Assembly (NCBI GenBank): GCA_964016885.1
Contig: OZ024762.1
Location: 15,872,001-15,936,000, forward strand
DNA length: 64,000 nucleotides
Source of the DNA: Eledone cirrhosa
Lineage: Eukaryota
Direction of reading: 5' to 3'
Under the pieces are notes generated by a model. It was not told where the DNA came from, ran no database searches, and worked only from the letters and a program-made list of their open reading frames with translations. The position numbers and the translations under genes are program-made. This document shows, piece after piece, positions 62,076 through 64,000 of the stretch. The stretch's first letter is position 1. Each line of letters starts with the position of its first letter.

Positions 62076-64000
62076 ATTAGTAGTGTTAGTAGTGGTAGTG
62101 GTGTTGGTGGTGGTAGTAGTGGTAGTGTTGGTTGTGGTCATGGTGGTGGTAGTAGTGTTAGTAGTGGTAGTGGTGTTGGTGGTGGTAGTAGTGGTAGTGT
62201 TGGTTGTGGTCATGGTGGTGGTAGTAGTGTTAGTAGTGGTAGTGGTGTTGGTGGTGGTAGTGTTGGTTGTGGTCATGGTGGTGGTAGTAGTGTTAGTAGT
62301 GGTAGTGGTGTTGGTGGTGGTAGTAGTGTTAGTAGTTGTAGTGTTGGTTGTGGTCATGGTGGTGGTAGTAGTGGTAGTAGTGGTAGTGTTGGTTGTGGTC
62401 ATGGTGGTGGTAGTAGTGTTAGTAGTGGTAGTGGTGTTGGTGGTGGTAGTAGTGGTAGTGTTGGTTGTGGTCATGGTGGTGGTAGTAGTGTTAGTAGTGG
62501 TAGTGGTGTTGGTGGTGGTAGTGTTGGTTGTGGTCATGGTGGTGGTAGTAGTGGTAGTAGTGGTAGTGGTGTTGGTGGTGGTAGTAGTGTTAGTAGTTGT
62601 AGTGTTGGTTGTGGTCATGGTGGTGGTAGTAGTGGTAGTAGTGGTAGTGTTGGTTATGGTCATGGTGGTGGTAGTAGTGTTAGTAGTGGTAGTGTTGGTT
62701 GTGGTCATGGTGGTGGTAGTAGTGTTAGTGTTGGTTGTGGTCATGGTGGTGGTAGTAGTGTTAGTAGTGGTAGTGGTGTTGGTGGTGGTAGTGTTGGTTG
62801 TGGTCATGGTGGTGGTAGTAGTGTTAGTAGTGGTAGTGGTGTTGGTGGTGGTAGTAGTGTTAGTAGTTGTAGTGTTGGTTGTGGTCATGGTGGTGGTAGT
62901 AGTGTTAGTAGTGGTAGTAGTGTTAGTGTTGGTTGTGGTCATGGTGGTGGTAGTAGTGTTAGTAGTGGTAGTGTTGGTTGTGGTCATGGTGGTGGTAGTA
63001 GTGTTAGTGTTGGTTGTGGTCATGGTGGTGGTAGTAGTGTTAGTAGTGGTAGTGGTGTTGGTGGTGGTAGTGTTGGTTGTGGTCATGGTGGTGGTAGTAG
63101 TGTTAGTAGTGGTAGTAGTGTTAGTGTTGGTTGTGGTCATGGTGGTGGTAGTAGTGTTAGTAGTGGTAGTGGTGTTGGTGGTGGTAGTAGTGTTAGTAGT
63201 TGTAGTGTTGGTTGTGGTCATGGTGGTGGTAGTAGTGTTAGTAGTGGTAGTAGTGTTAGTGTTGGTTGTGGTCATGGTGGTGGTAGTAGTGTTAGTAGTG
63301 GTAGTAGTGTTAGTGTTGGTTGTGGTCATGGTGGTGGTAGTAGTGTTAGTAGTGGTAGTGGTGTTGGTGGTGGTAGTAGTGTTAGTAGTTGTAGTGTTGG
63401 TTGTGGTCATGGTGGTGGTAGTAGTGTTAGTAGTGGTAGTAGTGTTAGTGTTGGTTGTGGTCATGGTGGTGGTAGTAGTGTTAGTAGTGGTAGTAGTGTT
63501 AGTGTTGGTTGTGGTCATGGTGGTGGTAGTAGTGTTAGTAGTGGTAGTAGTGTTAGTGTTGGTTGTGGTCATGGTGGTGGTAGTAGTGTTAGTAGTGGTA
63601 GTAGTGTTAGTGTTCGTTGTGGTCATGGTGGTGGTAGTAGTGTTAGTAGTGGTAGTAGTGTTAGTGTTGGTTGTGGTCATGGTGGTGGTAGTAGTGTTAG
63701 TAGTGGTAGTGGTGTTGGTGGTGGTAGTAGTGTTAGTAGTTGTAGTGTTGGTTGTGGTCATGGTGGTGGTAGTAGTGTTAGTAGTGGTAGTAGTGTTAGT
63801 GTTGGTTGTGGTCATGGTGGTGGTAGTAGTGTTAGTAGTGGTAGTAGTGTTAGTGTTGGTTGTGGTCATGGTGGTGGTAGTAGTGTTAGTAGTGGTAGTA
63901 GTGTTAGTGTTGGTTGTGGTCATGGTGGTGGTAGTAGTGTTAGTAGTGGTAGTGGTGTTGGTGGTGGTAGTAGTGTTAGTAGTTGTAGTGTTGGTTGTGG
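62076..64000. repeat. Compound trinucleotide (GTA/GTG/GTT) higher-order repeat
   Basis: Directly visible; the 616-aa poly-Thr ORF is its translation. Confidence 0.95.

Noticed and set aside
62073-63923. 616-aa Thr-rich mucin-like ORF
   Set aside because: Pure trinucleotide higher-order repeat with no signal peptide, splice context or unique domain visible; cannot be wholly excluded because it runs off the window

Overview
Eukaryotic, AT-rich, very repeat-dense genomic DNA. The microsatellite load and SINE/LINE repertoire suggest a coleoid cephalopod such as Octopus (inference). Two spliced genes converge tail to tail. (1) On +, 12 exons (1041-32548) form the 3' portion of an MPND-like gene: end of the RAMA domain, a long Q/H/P-rich linker and a JAMM/MPN+ domain; its 5' exons lie outside the window. 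(2) On -, a complete 6-exon gene (55411-41701, 250 aa) encodes a secreted SOD3-type Cu/Zn superoxide dismutase with a TATA box and polyA signal. It keeps all metal ligands but lacks the catalytic Arg143 equivalent and most of the electrostatic loop, and it carries His-rich extensions. Introns and intergenic DNA hold Dong/R4, RTE, Tx1-like, Vingi-like, CR1-like and Penelope-like retroelement remnants, a DD37D maT transposon, piggyBac-type and hAT-type MITEs, Helitron-like elements, two SINE families and many minisatellites, several demonstrably amplified from TE fragments. The least expected signal is a set of type-I hammerhead ribozyme motifs with palindromic helix III and long fold-back inverted repeats, mostly linked to Penelope-like elements. 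Several lie in sense orientation inside introns of both genes. Most ORFs in the supplied track are simple-repeat artefacts. All calls are by eye; no searches were run.
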